In this document: positions 1 to 6,938 of the stretch, piece after piece
Layout of the letters: every line of letters starts with the position of its first letter
Position numbering within the stretch: position 1 is the stretch's first letter
DNA from: Candidatus Omnitrophota bacterium
GTDB lineage: Bacteria; Omnitrophota; Omnitrophia; JAHJGZ01; JAFGJY01
Direction of reading: 5' to 3'
Length of the DNA: 64,000 nt
Assembly: GCA_016928875.1 (NCBI GenBank)
Contig: JAFGJY010000089.1
Span: 3,625 to 67,624, forward strand
The notes under the pieces: model-generated
The model's input: the letters and a program-made list of their open reading frames with translations, nothing else
Databases searched by the model: none
Told to the model about the DNA's origin: nothing
Made by a program: the position numbers and the translations under genes

Positions 1-72
1 TCCGGCTTCCAACCTAAACGCTTTACGCATCTCCTGCGGTATTGTGATTCGGAACTGAGATGAAACACGCAC
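1..72 (-). CDS. AbrB/MazE/SpoVT-type DNA-binding (antitoxin-like) protein, first 24 codons only; gene runs off the window start
   Basis: Reverse complement of 1..72 reads VRVSSQFRITIPQEMRKAFRLEAG, matching the SpoVT-AbrB motif (..Q.TIPKE.R..L.L..GD). GTG at 72 lies ~11 nt after GAGGGGG. Absent from the ORF track because it is truncated; start uncertain. Confidence 0.4.
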   Translation of the reverse strand, partial: MRVSSQFRITIPQEMRKAFRLEAG

Positions 73-281
73 TTTTTCATACGCCCCCTCATGTCAATCT
101 AATTGCCAAAATGTAATTTCCCCTTTAGCTTCTTATATTTTATATAGTTACACTTTGCATAAAAGATTAACCTAATTCCTCAGCAGGTGAAAATTATACG
201 ATCTATTCGCAAACAATATAAAAAAATATCTGACCTATTTATTTCCTGCAAATTTAATATCTTATATTAAATTTGAAGCTT

Positions 282-509
282 TTATCGATCGATGTTTACT
301 GTCCCCGACCAATCAAGTTCAACTATCTCATGCGGGTCACCAATAAGACACGCTCTTTTCTTGAGACGAGCAAGCTTACCGATTGTCTCCACTCGAACGA
401 CCTGCAACAACTTCCCTTGGTATTCGAAACAGAACGACTCGCCTGACGTTGCCACCTTGTCAAGCAAACTGTAAATATTCTTACGAAATTGCGTTATTGA
501 CATTACCAT
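282..509 (-). CDS. Phd/YefM-family type II antitoxin (75 aa)
   Basis: MVMSITQFRKNIYSLLDKVATSGESFCFEYQGKLLQVV is typical of the Phd/YefM N-terminus. AAGGAGG lies 5 nt upstream of ATG 509. The ORF-track start at 590 would overlap the upstream gene. No toxin ORF follows (73..281 has no ORF). Confidence 0.7.
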   Translation of the reverse strand: MVMSITQFRKNIYSLLDKVATSGESFCFEYQGKLLQVVRVETIGKLARLKKRACLIGDPHEIVELDWSGTVNIDR

Positions 510-519
510 GCGTGCCTCC

Positions 520-966
520 TTATTCCAATTCGGCGTTCCTGACATCTTTGGCATGAAAACCGATCTTCTTCTTTGGCTGTACGTCTTCATGCCTCATAGC
601 CTCGATTATCTTAAAGATCTGAATGATCGCATCACGGTTTTCCTTTACCATTTTCGTCAACTCTTCATTCGTTGCTAAGAACTCTCGCATCTTTACAAAC
701 GCGCGCATGATCTGAATATTTATCTGGATTGCTCTTTTACTGCGCAATACGCTGGAGAGCATCGCCACACCTTCTTGCGTAAATACATGCACAACCTTTG
801 AGAATTTGATCTCTGAGGATATCACAGATTGTGATATCCTCATGACTTCATCTCGCGTTAATTGAAATATAAAGTCCGCAGGGAATCGATCGACATTTCT
901 CCTTACTGCCTGATTTAAAATCCTTGTTTCAACACCGTACAAAGCTGCCAGATCGCGATCTAACAT
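520..966 (-). CDS. ORF6N-domain (KilA-N-like) DNA-binding protein, C-terminal 148 aa of a split gene
   Basis: Starts MLDRDLAALYGVETRILNQAVRRNVDRFPADFIFQLTRDE, the core ORF6N motif. The expected preceding ~27 aa are encoded at 1259..1339. Confidence 0.8.
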   Translation of the reverse strand: MLDRDLAALYGVETRILNQAVRRNVDRFPADFIFQLTRDEVMRISQSVISSEIKFSKVVHVFTQEGVAMLSSVLRSKRAIQINIQIMRAFVKMREFLATNEELTKMVKENRDAIIQIFKIIEAMRHEDVQPKKKIGFHAKDVRNAELE

Positions 967-1221
967 TCACCCTGTGAAATAAGATTTGAGCCGATTCCTG
1001 ATAAACATCTTTCCATAATATGTCTTCAAATATTTTTCCCGTTTTATTACATCTCGTTGGCAAAGACACGCTTCATAATAGATCAATCTCAATGGCAATC
1101 TATGGCTCGTAGAATCCACCTTCCCGGAAACATGTTGCTCAAATCTTAATTTCAAATTTTGGGTATATCCCACATACATATTTTTATCCTTAACACTATG
1201 TAACACATAGGTATAAAACAT
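967..1221 (-). CDS. GIY-YIG nuclease family protein (84 aa, URI domain only)
   Basis: FYTYVLHS..NMYVGYTQNLKLRFEQH...REKYLK shows GIY/YVG, Arg and Glu spacing typical of small COG2827-type GIY-YIG proteins. Its TGA (967..969) abuts ATG 966 of the ORF6N C-fragment. Confidence 0.85.
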   Translation of the reverse strand: MFYTYVLHSVKDKNMYVGYTQNLKLRFEQHVSGKVDSTSHRLPLRLIYYEACLCQRDVIKREKYLKTYYGKMFIRNRLKSYFTG

Positions 1222-1258
1222 GATAACATCTCAAAATTTGAAATTATTTCACAGGGTA
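967..1258. mobile_element. 292-bp GIY-YIG mini-element bounded by terminal inverted repeats, inserted into the ORF6N gene
   Basis: Perfect 14-bp inverted repeat accctgtgaaataa (969..982) / ttatttcacagggt (1244..1257), 15/16 if extended to 16 bp. Removing 967..1258 joins ..LLIRGKRV to MLDRDLAALYGV.. and restores a canonical ORF6N reading frame. Confidence 0.7.
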
Positions 1259-1339
1259 AACTCTTTTCCCACGAATAAGTAAGATCTTATTCCCCACGAT
1301 CTCTACGGGAACTATGTCGTTTGGCTGTTTTTTATTCAT
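1244..1339 (-). pseudogene. ORF6N N-terminal fragment (27 native codons plus 4 element-derived codons and a stop)
   Basis: ATG 1339 gives MNKKQPNDIVPVEIVGNKILLIRGKRV, then YPVK and TAA inside the element TIR. This is too short for the ORF track. Confidence 0.7.
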
Positions 1340-1455
1340 AGCCTCATAGGATTTAATTATTTAATTATTGCAATATATTATTGCTATTTTACCAATGTTA
1401 AAAAGCAATGCAAATGATTTATGCAATTACAATATCTCTTTTTATTGTATCCACC

Positions 1456-1567
1456 GTGCACTATGAACTATGAACAATGAACCATGCACTATTTATTCCT
1501 TACTTTTGCCTTTTAACTTTTTACTTGGCAATGGACCGTCGACCATGGACTATGAACCATGCACCAT
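1456..1567. repeat. CATG-word low-complexity blocks (direct 13-mer atgaaccatgcac at 1477..1489 and 1552..1564) flanking an AT-rich core
   Basis: gtgcactatgaactatgaacaatgaaccatgcactat and ggaccgtcgaccatggactatgaaccatgcaccat. The same word class occurs at 39989..40010, 61119..61148 and 61524..61552, followed by ttcgtaattactaattcgtaatt (CGTAA-word class). Confidence 0.7.
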
Positions 1568-1614
1568 TTCCGCCATTCGTAATTACTAATTCGTAATTTC
1601 TAATTGTCTTTCCC

Positions 1615-2964
1615 TCACCATTTCCTCCCGACCCCGGCCACGAGCTCGCACGCCTTCTCTGACGCCAGCCCGCGCACGAACGCCTGCCCTGCGCCATTGA
1701 ATAGCTCTCGCTTAAGCTCCACCTCGATCCCGAGGTCCTTGCCGCGAACTGTCTTGAGCCTTGCCGAACATTCCGTATGGTCTGTAAGCGTACACGTGGC
1801 GCCAAACATAATACTGTAGACCGCACCATCACGATAGGTTATCTCAAAGATAAGCCCGAGTTTTTTGCTCACCCGCCATTTCCCCTTAAGAATGACCGTT
1901 CTCAGTGAAGGTTTCATCCCGACGCCGAGCGTGTACACCAACGCGCGCTTTTTTGCATCATACCGGCCGTATTCGACACTGAACTCAAGCCTCGTCTCGT
2001 CATCACCCTCCACCATATAGGCGATCCTGTTTCTATCGAGCACATCCCAATGCCCCTTGAGCGTAAGTGAGCGTGTTTCTTTTCGCGGCCCTTGCACATA
2101 TTTGTAGATGATCTCGTGGTGCTTATTTATTTCCCATTTTCCCCGAAGCTCAAGTTTATCGGAACGCCCGGCCGTGCGTTTAACGTCAAATGAAAGTTTA
2201 TTATATTTATTTACCTTCAAAGTTCCCGAGAGTGAAAGTACGTAAATCGTCTCCTTGCCGCGTGAATTTTTTGTCGTAAGCGCAACGCCGATCTTCCCGC
2301 CCTCAAGTGTGATCATCTCACCCGAGAGCTTTATCGTCTCAAGCCCGGTTTTTGTCCGCGTCCCTTCAAGCCGGTAGATAAGATCATGCTGCTTATCCAT
2401 CGCCCACGTCCCCTTGATCCTGATCTTCTTAAGCCCCTTGCCATCACGAGGACTATTATATTTTTCTGCCATCCTGGCGCCTTTTATTTCACTGTCATCC
2501 TGAGCCGAACGAAGTGAGGCGAAGGATCCAGGATAACCGTTCACATTGTTCGCATAACCTAGATTCTTCGCTTCGCTCAGAATGACAGCTTTGTCGTCCC
2601 CGCGCACTCCCATGTCGTCCCCGCGCACTCCCATGTCGTCCCCGCGCCTTTTTACGTCGTCCCGGAAAGCCGAAGGCTTATCCGGGACCTCGGTTCCTAG
2701 ATCCCGGCTCTTTCTTCTCCGCTGAAGCTTCGAAGCAACAATTTCTACGAAGCCTTGGCGAAGTAGAACGGCCGGGACGACGTTCTGTTCACTAACAATC
2801 CCCGCCCCCGTCACCGTATACACCAGCTGATTTCTCTTATCCACCGAGAATGTCCCCTCAGCGACCGTCCTGAACCCCGCCATCTTCCTGCCAAGCCCGG
2901 GCATATTCATGACCAGCCTGTTCTCAGGATCGATCTCGTATTTTATTTTTGTCTTTGTTTTCAT
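1615..2964 (-). CDS. Hypothetical beta-repeat protein (5 copies of an L.GxW....h.L.Y motif) carrying an in-frame repeat insertion
   Basis: Start MKTKTKIKYEI at 2964 (the ORF-track start at 3057 lies in the palindrome cluster). Repeats: AEGTFSVDKRNQLVYTV, IKGTWAMDKQHDLIYRL, LRGKWEINKHHEIIYKY, LKGHWDVLDRNRIAYMV, LKGKWRVSKKLGLIFEI. No family recognised. Confidence 0.6.
   Translation of the reverse strand: MKTKTKIKYEIDPENRLVMNMPGLGRKMAGFRTVAEGTFSVDKRNQLVYTVTGAGIVSEQNVVPAVLLRQGFVEIVASKLQRRRKSRDLGTEVPDKPSAFRDDVKRRGDDMGVRGDDMGVRGDDKAVILSEAKNLGYANNVNGYPGSFASLRSAQDDSEIKGARMAEKYNSPRDGKGLKKIRIKGTWAMDKQHDLIYRLEGTRTKTGLETIKLSGEMITLEGGKIGVALTTKNSRGKETIYVLSLSGTLKVNKYNKLSFDVKRTAGRSDKLELRGKWEINKHHEIIYKYVQGPRKETRSLTLKGHWDVLDRNRIAYMVEGDDETRLEFSVEYGRYDAKKRALVYTLGVGMKPSLRTVILKGKWRVSKKLGLIFEITYRDGAVYSIMFGATCTLTDHTECSARLKTVRGKDLGIEVELKRELFNGAGQAFVRGLASEKACELVAGVGRKW
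2493..2589. repeat. Hairpin MITE family A, copy 1 (inside CDS 1615..2964, in frame)
   Basis: tgtcatcctgag...gaaggatccaggata...ctcagaatgacagc with terminal inverted repeats and an internal gaaggatc/gattcttc stem. Translated as AVILSEAKNLGYANNVNGYPGSFASLRSAQDDS. Confidence 0.85.
2593..2688. repeat. 21-bp half-palindrome stutter array ending in a full palindrome (family B-like)
   Basis: gtcgtccccgcgcactcccat starts at 2593, 2614 and 2635 (period 21), then gtcgtcccggaaagccgaaggcttatccgggac (2656..2688; gtcccgg/ccgggac stem). Translated in frame as RGDDMGVRGDDMGVRGDD. Confidence 0.8.
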
Positions 2965-2970
2965 TTTATT

Positions 2971-3012
2971 ATTGGTGTCAGACACCGGTGTCAGGCACCA
3001 GTGCCTGACACC
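2971..3012. repeat. Cluster of GGTGYCWGRCACC palindromes
   Basis: attggtgtcagacacc (2971..2986), then ggtgtcaggcac-ca-gtgcctgacacc (2987..3012, perfect 12-bp arms). Related copies lie at 4201..4219 and 60943..60960. Confidence 0.7.
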
Positions 3013-3022
3013 ACGTGTATCG

Positions 3023-4189
3023 TTACTCCGTATACACCCTCGCCAACCCCTGATCAAGCAGTTCCTGATTTAAAAACGCCCCTTCCCGTGCCACACGCGC
3101 CGCATCATCCGCACCCGGCATATAGAATACATCGGCAAGATACCGCCCGTACTTATCAGCCTTGAACGTCCGTATCACGATCACCCGTTGCTTAGAATCC
3201 GTCTCCCCTTTTAAGGCGTAAAGCCTCGTTGAGGCAACGCCTCTTTTCGAGGGGAGTGTCGCGGAGCGACGAGGGGTTTTACGTTCAGACGCTTGCCCCT
3301 TGACCCTTGCACCTTGGCCCTTCACACCAAGCGCTCTTTCCACGTATTCCTTGGCCCTACGCCCCAGGATCGATTCTTGTTCAGGAGCATCGATCCCGCG
3401 TAAGCGTACTTTCATCTCGATCCACGTATAAAAACCAAGGTCGATCCGTAGGACGAGCGTATCGCCGTCAATGACTCGCGCAACCTCCGCCTTATAAATG
3501 TAGAGGTCGGCAGATCTGTTCACATCAGTGCCGAATGAAAATACCGCGCCATCCTTACGCACATGCGCAATATTCGATGCATTCTTATATTTGTTCTTAC
3601 AATCGATCTCGCGGTCAATACCAAATCCAAGATCGATGATCGCCCGCCGTTTCTCTTTCATAAGCTGGGGATTAAACCGCACGCGATAATAATACAACGT
3701 ACCGCGCGTAAACGCGATAACCGGCCGTTCTCCTCCCGGCCCGATCAACTCGACCCGGCACTCTTTCTGCCGCCTCAGGTCGGACATCAACTGTTGGAAC
3801 TGCTTAGGCTTGATCTTCTCGCGCCTAATGCGCGCCTCGAGCCGGCCCCGTTCACGGCCATCATCGATCGCGATCAGCACCTTATAATGCGTCCAATGCA
3901 GGCCATCATCGGGACACACCGGATAGAGCCGCTGGAATTTCGCGATCGAATAAAAATACTTCGTGCTGCTCTGATCAAAATCGCGTGTAAGCAAACGGAT
4001 GGTCTTCGCCCTCTCTGCCGCAGTCAGATCTGCCTCCATAACATGCTCATTGAGAACCTTGCCGATCCGCCAATACATGGCCACAAGCTCCTTACGCGCC
4101 GCATCCTCAACATTGACCCGCGCCCGTTCGAACTCAGACCTGATCGAATTACGTATCGTCGTGTACCGTGATTTTTCGAGGGTTTTCAT
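3023..4189 (-). CDS. DUF1016_N-like domain fused to a thermonuclease (SNase) domain
   Basis: N-terminus KELVAMYWRIGKVLNEHV...FYSIAKFQRLYP resembles the YhcG/DUF1016 N-domain. C-terminus VIDGDTLVLRID...KVRLRGIDAPE...ADKYGRYLADVF...LLDQGLARVY carries the SNase Ca/catalytic motifs. ATG 4189 overlaps the TGA of the upstream gene (ATGA). Confidence 0.75.
   Translation of the reverse strand: MKTLEKSRYTTIRNSIRSEFERARVNVEDAARKELVAMYWRIGKVLNEHVMEADLTAAERAKTIRLLTRDFDQSSTKYFYSIAKFQRLYPVCPDDGLHWTHYKVLIAIDDGRERGRLEARIRREKIKPKQFQQLMSDLRRQKECRVELIGPGGERPVIAFTRGTLYYYRVRFNPQLMKEKRRAIIDLGFGIDREIDCKNKYKNASNIAHVRKDGAVFSFGTDVNRSADLYIYKAEVARVIDGDTLVLRIDLGFYTWIEMKVRLRGIDAPEQESILGRRAKEYVERALGVKGQGARVKGQASERKTPRRSATLPSKRGVASTRLYALKGETDSKQRVIVIRTFKADKYGRYLADVFYMPGADDAARVAREGAFLNQELLDQGLARVYTE
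3188..3328. repeat. ~141-bp structured insertion translated in frame within the SNase domain
   Basis: It encodes GVKGQGARVKGQASERKTPRRSATLPSKRGVASTRLYALKGETDSKQ between the conserved ..EYVERAL and VIVIRTFKADKYGR segments. It contains the nested palindrome ctcccctttt aaggcg..gcctcgttgaggc..cgcct cttttcgaggggag and a 7-bp-periodic block ccccttgacccttgcaccttggccc. Confidence 0.6.
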
Positions 4190-5835
4190 AGGATATTATC
4201 ATTGGTGTCAGGCACCAATTGCTTTTTCTTGTAAATCAATATCTCGGGCGGAGGAAATTCGAGCGGCACATTGACATGGATGTAAAATCTTTTGACAACT
4301 TCGTACGGACTATCCTTTTTCATAAATACATCGTCATAAAACATGAATATTTCTGGCGTCGGACATGAATAACGATACCATTCGTTGGCGTATTTATCAT
4401 CGAGAACATAGTCTTCGTTCACCTTGTTATCTTTGATCGATTCTGTGACTTTATCGATATCATCCTGCCGCATAATTATGATGTCAGGATATTCTAATAA
4501 ATTCTTCTCAATGTATCGGTTAAAATCGAACTTTGGCATCCGCCAGGCATGCGTTTTCCACGTGTATTGCTCTGACACTGACCCCACGCCTACTGTCGTC
4601 CCTGCTGGTATAGTTTCTTCAATGTATTGTGAAGCAGTGATACGAGTATCATGAAGGCGTAAATATATCCCCGATACACAAGAATATATTGAAGAGCATA
4701 TGGTCAGAAAAACAAAGCTCCATCCTGCTATTTTCATGAATACATGTTTAGAACCAATAAACTGACAACACGTATATGCCGCGATTAAACATAAGAACGG
4801 TGCTATGGTCGCTATGTACCTAGCGACCGTGAAATAGCGCCAGAACATATAATATGCAATTAAAAAAACTACGAGTAAAAAAGCGTGAGGCCTCGCACCT
4901 CTTATAGAATAAAATAACCCTATGAAGGCAAGTACCGTAACATAAAGCCCCACTGCGATTCTTGTTTCCTCATACCATTGACAGATAACGTTCACCCCCA
5001 AGGATCGATACCGGTCTACCCAATGGATCTTCTCTCTGGTATAGAATCCCACATAGCCCGAAATGTCGCGAAAAATATGGGGATGAAATAAAATAAATAC
5101 AATACCTCCGACCAACAAAGATATACAAATTAACTTTAGCTGTCGGAAAAAGACTATTTGGTTAAAACCATCCTTTCGAAAAGCGGGCAATAAAAAGAAT
5201 ATACACGCAGGCGCTACGAACATTCCACTTGTTATCTTGGTCCCCATCAAGAGACCGATACACATACCGAATATCAAACTGCTGCCGATCGATTTCTTAT
5301 TATATAGATGTATAAATGAAATGAACGTCAGCAATAAGAAAAACCCCATCGTAATATCAACGGTACACAATGGACTATTTAACACATGATAGAATGAGCA
5401 ACTCAAGAATGCAGCCGCAATGATGCCTGTCATTGGGCTGAATAGCTTCTTTCCTAAAATATACACCAAATAAAGTGACCCCGTGCCGAATATCACCGAC
5501 GCTAATCTTCCCATTATTATTGCGATCAATTTATAGTAATCTCGTGCTGATAATATTTTTACAACAATGAACTTTATGGGCAACATAACCATCCCAACGA
5601 TATATTGCATCGTAGTACCATACGCAGGAAATTGTGATGTCTCCAGATAGACCGACGGGAAATTAATTATGGTCGTATACAATTTCACCTCGTCTGGATG
5701 GAATCTTTTTGAATATAACCCGATCGGAACCCCCCACGAAATAGGGATTATTCGCAAACAAAAAGACAACACCATTAAAACAAATATTAAATTATTATCT
5801 TTTATAAAATCCTTCACGACGCGTAACGTATTCAC
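4186..5835 (-). CDS. Membrane GT-C glycosyltransferase (GT39/ArnT/PMT_2-like)
   Basis: 549 aa. The N-terminal two thirds is polytopic membrane, with an early FHPDEVKLY loop, followed by a soluble C-terminal domain. The tail ..QLVPDTNDNIL is encoded by the palindrome at 4201..4219. Confidence 0.6.
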   Translation of the reverse strand: MNTLRVVKDFIKDNNLIFVLMVLSFCLRIIPISWGVPIGLYSKRFHPDEVKLYTTIINFPSVYLETSQFPAYGTTMQYIVGMVMLPIKFIVVKILSARDYYKLIAIIMGRLASVIFGTGSLYLVYILGKKLFSPMTGIIAAAFLSCSFYHVLNSPLCTVDITMGFFLLLTFISFIHLYNKKSIGSSLIFGMCIGLLMGTKITSGMFVAPACIFFLLPAFRKDGFNQIVFFRQLKLICISLLVGGIVFILFHPHIFRDISGYVGFYTREKIHWVDRYRSLGVNVICQWYEETRIAVGLYVTVLAFIGLFYSIRGARPHAFLLVVFLIAYYMFWRYFTVARYIATIAPFLCLIAAYTCCQFIGSKHVFMKIAGWSFVFLTICSSIYSCVSGIYLRLHDTRITASQYIEETIPAGTTVGVGSVSEQYTWKTHAWRMPKFDFNRYIEKNLLEYPDIIIMRQDDIDKVTESIKDNKVNEDYVLDDKYANEWYRYSCPTPEIFMFYDDVFMKKDSPYEVVKRFYIHVNVPLEFPPPEILIYKKKQLVPDTNDNIL

Positions 5836-5903
5836 TCAGCTAATCTCCTTATCGCACATGTAAGCAACTGACAGTATCCATACATTTAAATCTTAAAGTA
5901 AGG

Positions 5904-6902
5904 TTATGTTTTATTCCTTAATTCGTCGATAACCTCAGCCATCCCTTGCTCAAACGATATCGGTGTAAATCCCAAATCATCCTGAATACATTTTGAACTA
6001 CACCTTTGATTGCCCAATAAACGCCGAAGGATATTCCGATTTAAAGGCAACGTAAAAGGCGCTATAGGCTGGATCAATTCACATATTTCTGCTAGCAATG
6101 TAGCGAACGGAACAGGAATGGAAAAAGGATACAGCGAAACACGGAAGTGCTGTGCGACAACGTGTGCGATCTCACGTAATGATTTACATTCCCCATCCGT
6201 AACGATATAAACATTCCCATCCGCACGCGGAGCGAGTGTCACGCACAGCGCGGCATTAATAACATTGCGTACATACACCACGCTTCGGACTGTGCGGCCC
6301 CTATCGATCAGGACAAAACGCTTCGTGCGCACAGCTTCAATAAGCTTCATCATATTGCCCTTATCACCAATCCCATATACAACAACCAAACGTAATATCG
6401 TAGTACGGATATTATATTTTTCATGATATTCACTCACTAATCGTTCGGCAGCAAGCTTACTTTCTCCGTATTCAGAATGAGGCTCGCAAATACTGCTTTC
6501 GTCGGCCATTTCCATAGTCCCTTTCATGACCGCAACACTACTGAAATAAATGAACTGCGGGACATTCTCTGCCACGCATGCATCGAGAACACATTGTGTC
6601 CCACGCGTATTAATGTCATACAATTCATCATCAACCACTTTCTTGGAAGCACGCATTTTCCCTGCTAAATGGTATACAACGTCGGCATTATGGAGCAATT
6701 TCTTAAGAGACAATACGTCTCGTATGTCCCCCTGTACATATTCGACAGGCAAAGCTTTTATGCCCGAAGGGATCGCATGAACATCCCGGACAAGGAGTCG
6801 AACATTGTTTCCCATAGAAACAAGCTCTGAGACCAAATACGAACCAATAAATCCTGTCCCGCCTGTAACGGCTATTGTTTTACCCGTAAATTCGTATTTC
6901 AT
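5904..6902 (-). CDS. NAD-dependent sugar epimerase/dehydratase (extended SDR)
   Basis: VTGGTGFIGSYLVSEL Rossmann motif and YGESK catalytic YxxxK. Confidence 0.85.
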   Translation of the reverse strand: MKYEFTGKTIAVTGGTGFIGSYLVSELVSMGNNVRLLVRDVHAIPSGIKALPVEYVQGDIRDVLSLKKLLHNADVVYHLAGKMRASKKVVDDELYDINTRGTQCVLDACVAENVPQFIYFSSVAVMKGTMEMADESSICEPHSEYGESKLAAERLVSEYHEKYNIRTTILRLVVVYGIGDKGNMMKLIEAVRTKRFVLIDRGRTVRSVVYVRNVINAALCVTLAPRADGNVYIVTDGECKSLREIAHVVAQHFRVSLYPFSIPVPFATLLAEICELIQPIAPFTLPLNRNILRRLLGNQRCSSKCIQDDLGFTPISFEQGMAEVIDELRNKT

Positions 6903-6938
6903 ATCTTTTCTTCATAAGAATACCAAATGCGGCTGGGT

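Noticed and set aside
2974-3012. Perfect 12-bp-arm hairpins after the nuclease gene as a rho-independent terminator.
   Set aside because: No U-tract follows on the transcribed (minus) strand. The next start codon is only ~10-25 nt away, and the same palindrome recurs inside coding sequence (4201..4219, 60943..60960). It is treated as a REP-like motif instead.
3563-4171. Long plus-strand ORFs antisense to minus-strand genes (for example 3563..4171, 22324..22956, 23131..23523, 25826..26539, 29326..29901, 35886..36404, 36681..37190, 40494..40916, 17159..17524).
   Set aside because: Each lies fully inside a well-supported minus-strand CDS with clear family motifs. Their translations are low-complexity or Ser/Arg/Leu-rich with no recognisable motifs, RBS or independent intergenic context. 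They are shadow ORFs.
4209-4224. aGGCACcaaTTGCttt, resembling a sigma-54 -24/-12 promoter (TGGCAC-N5-TTGC).
   Set aside because: The GG-to-GC spacing is two nt too short. It lies on the plus strand, where no gene follows, and the GGCAC is part of the recurrent palindrome.
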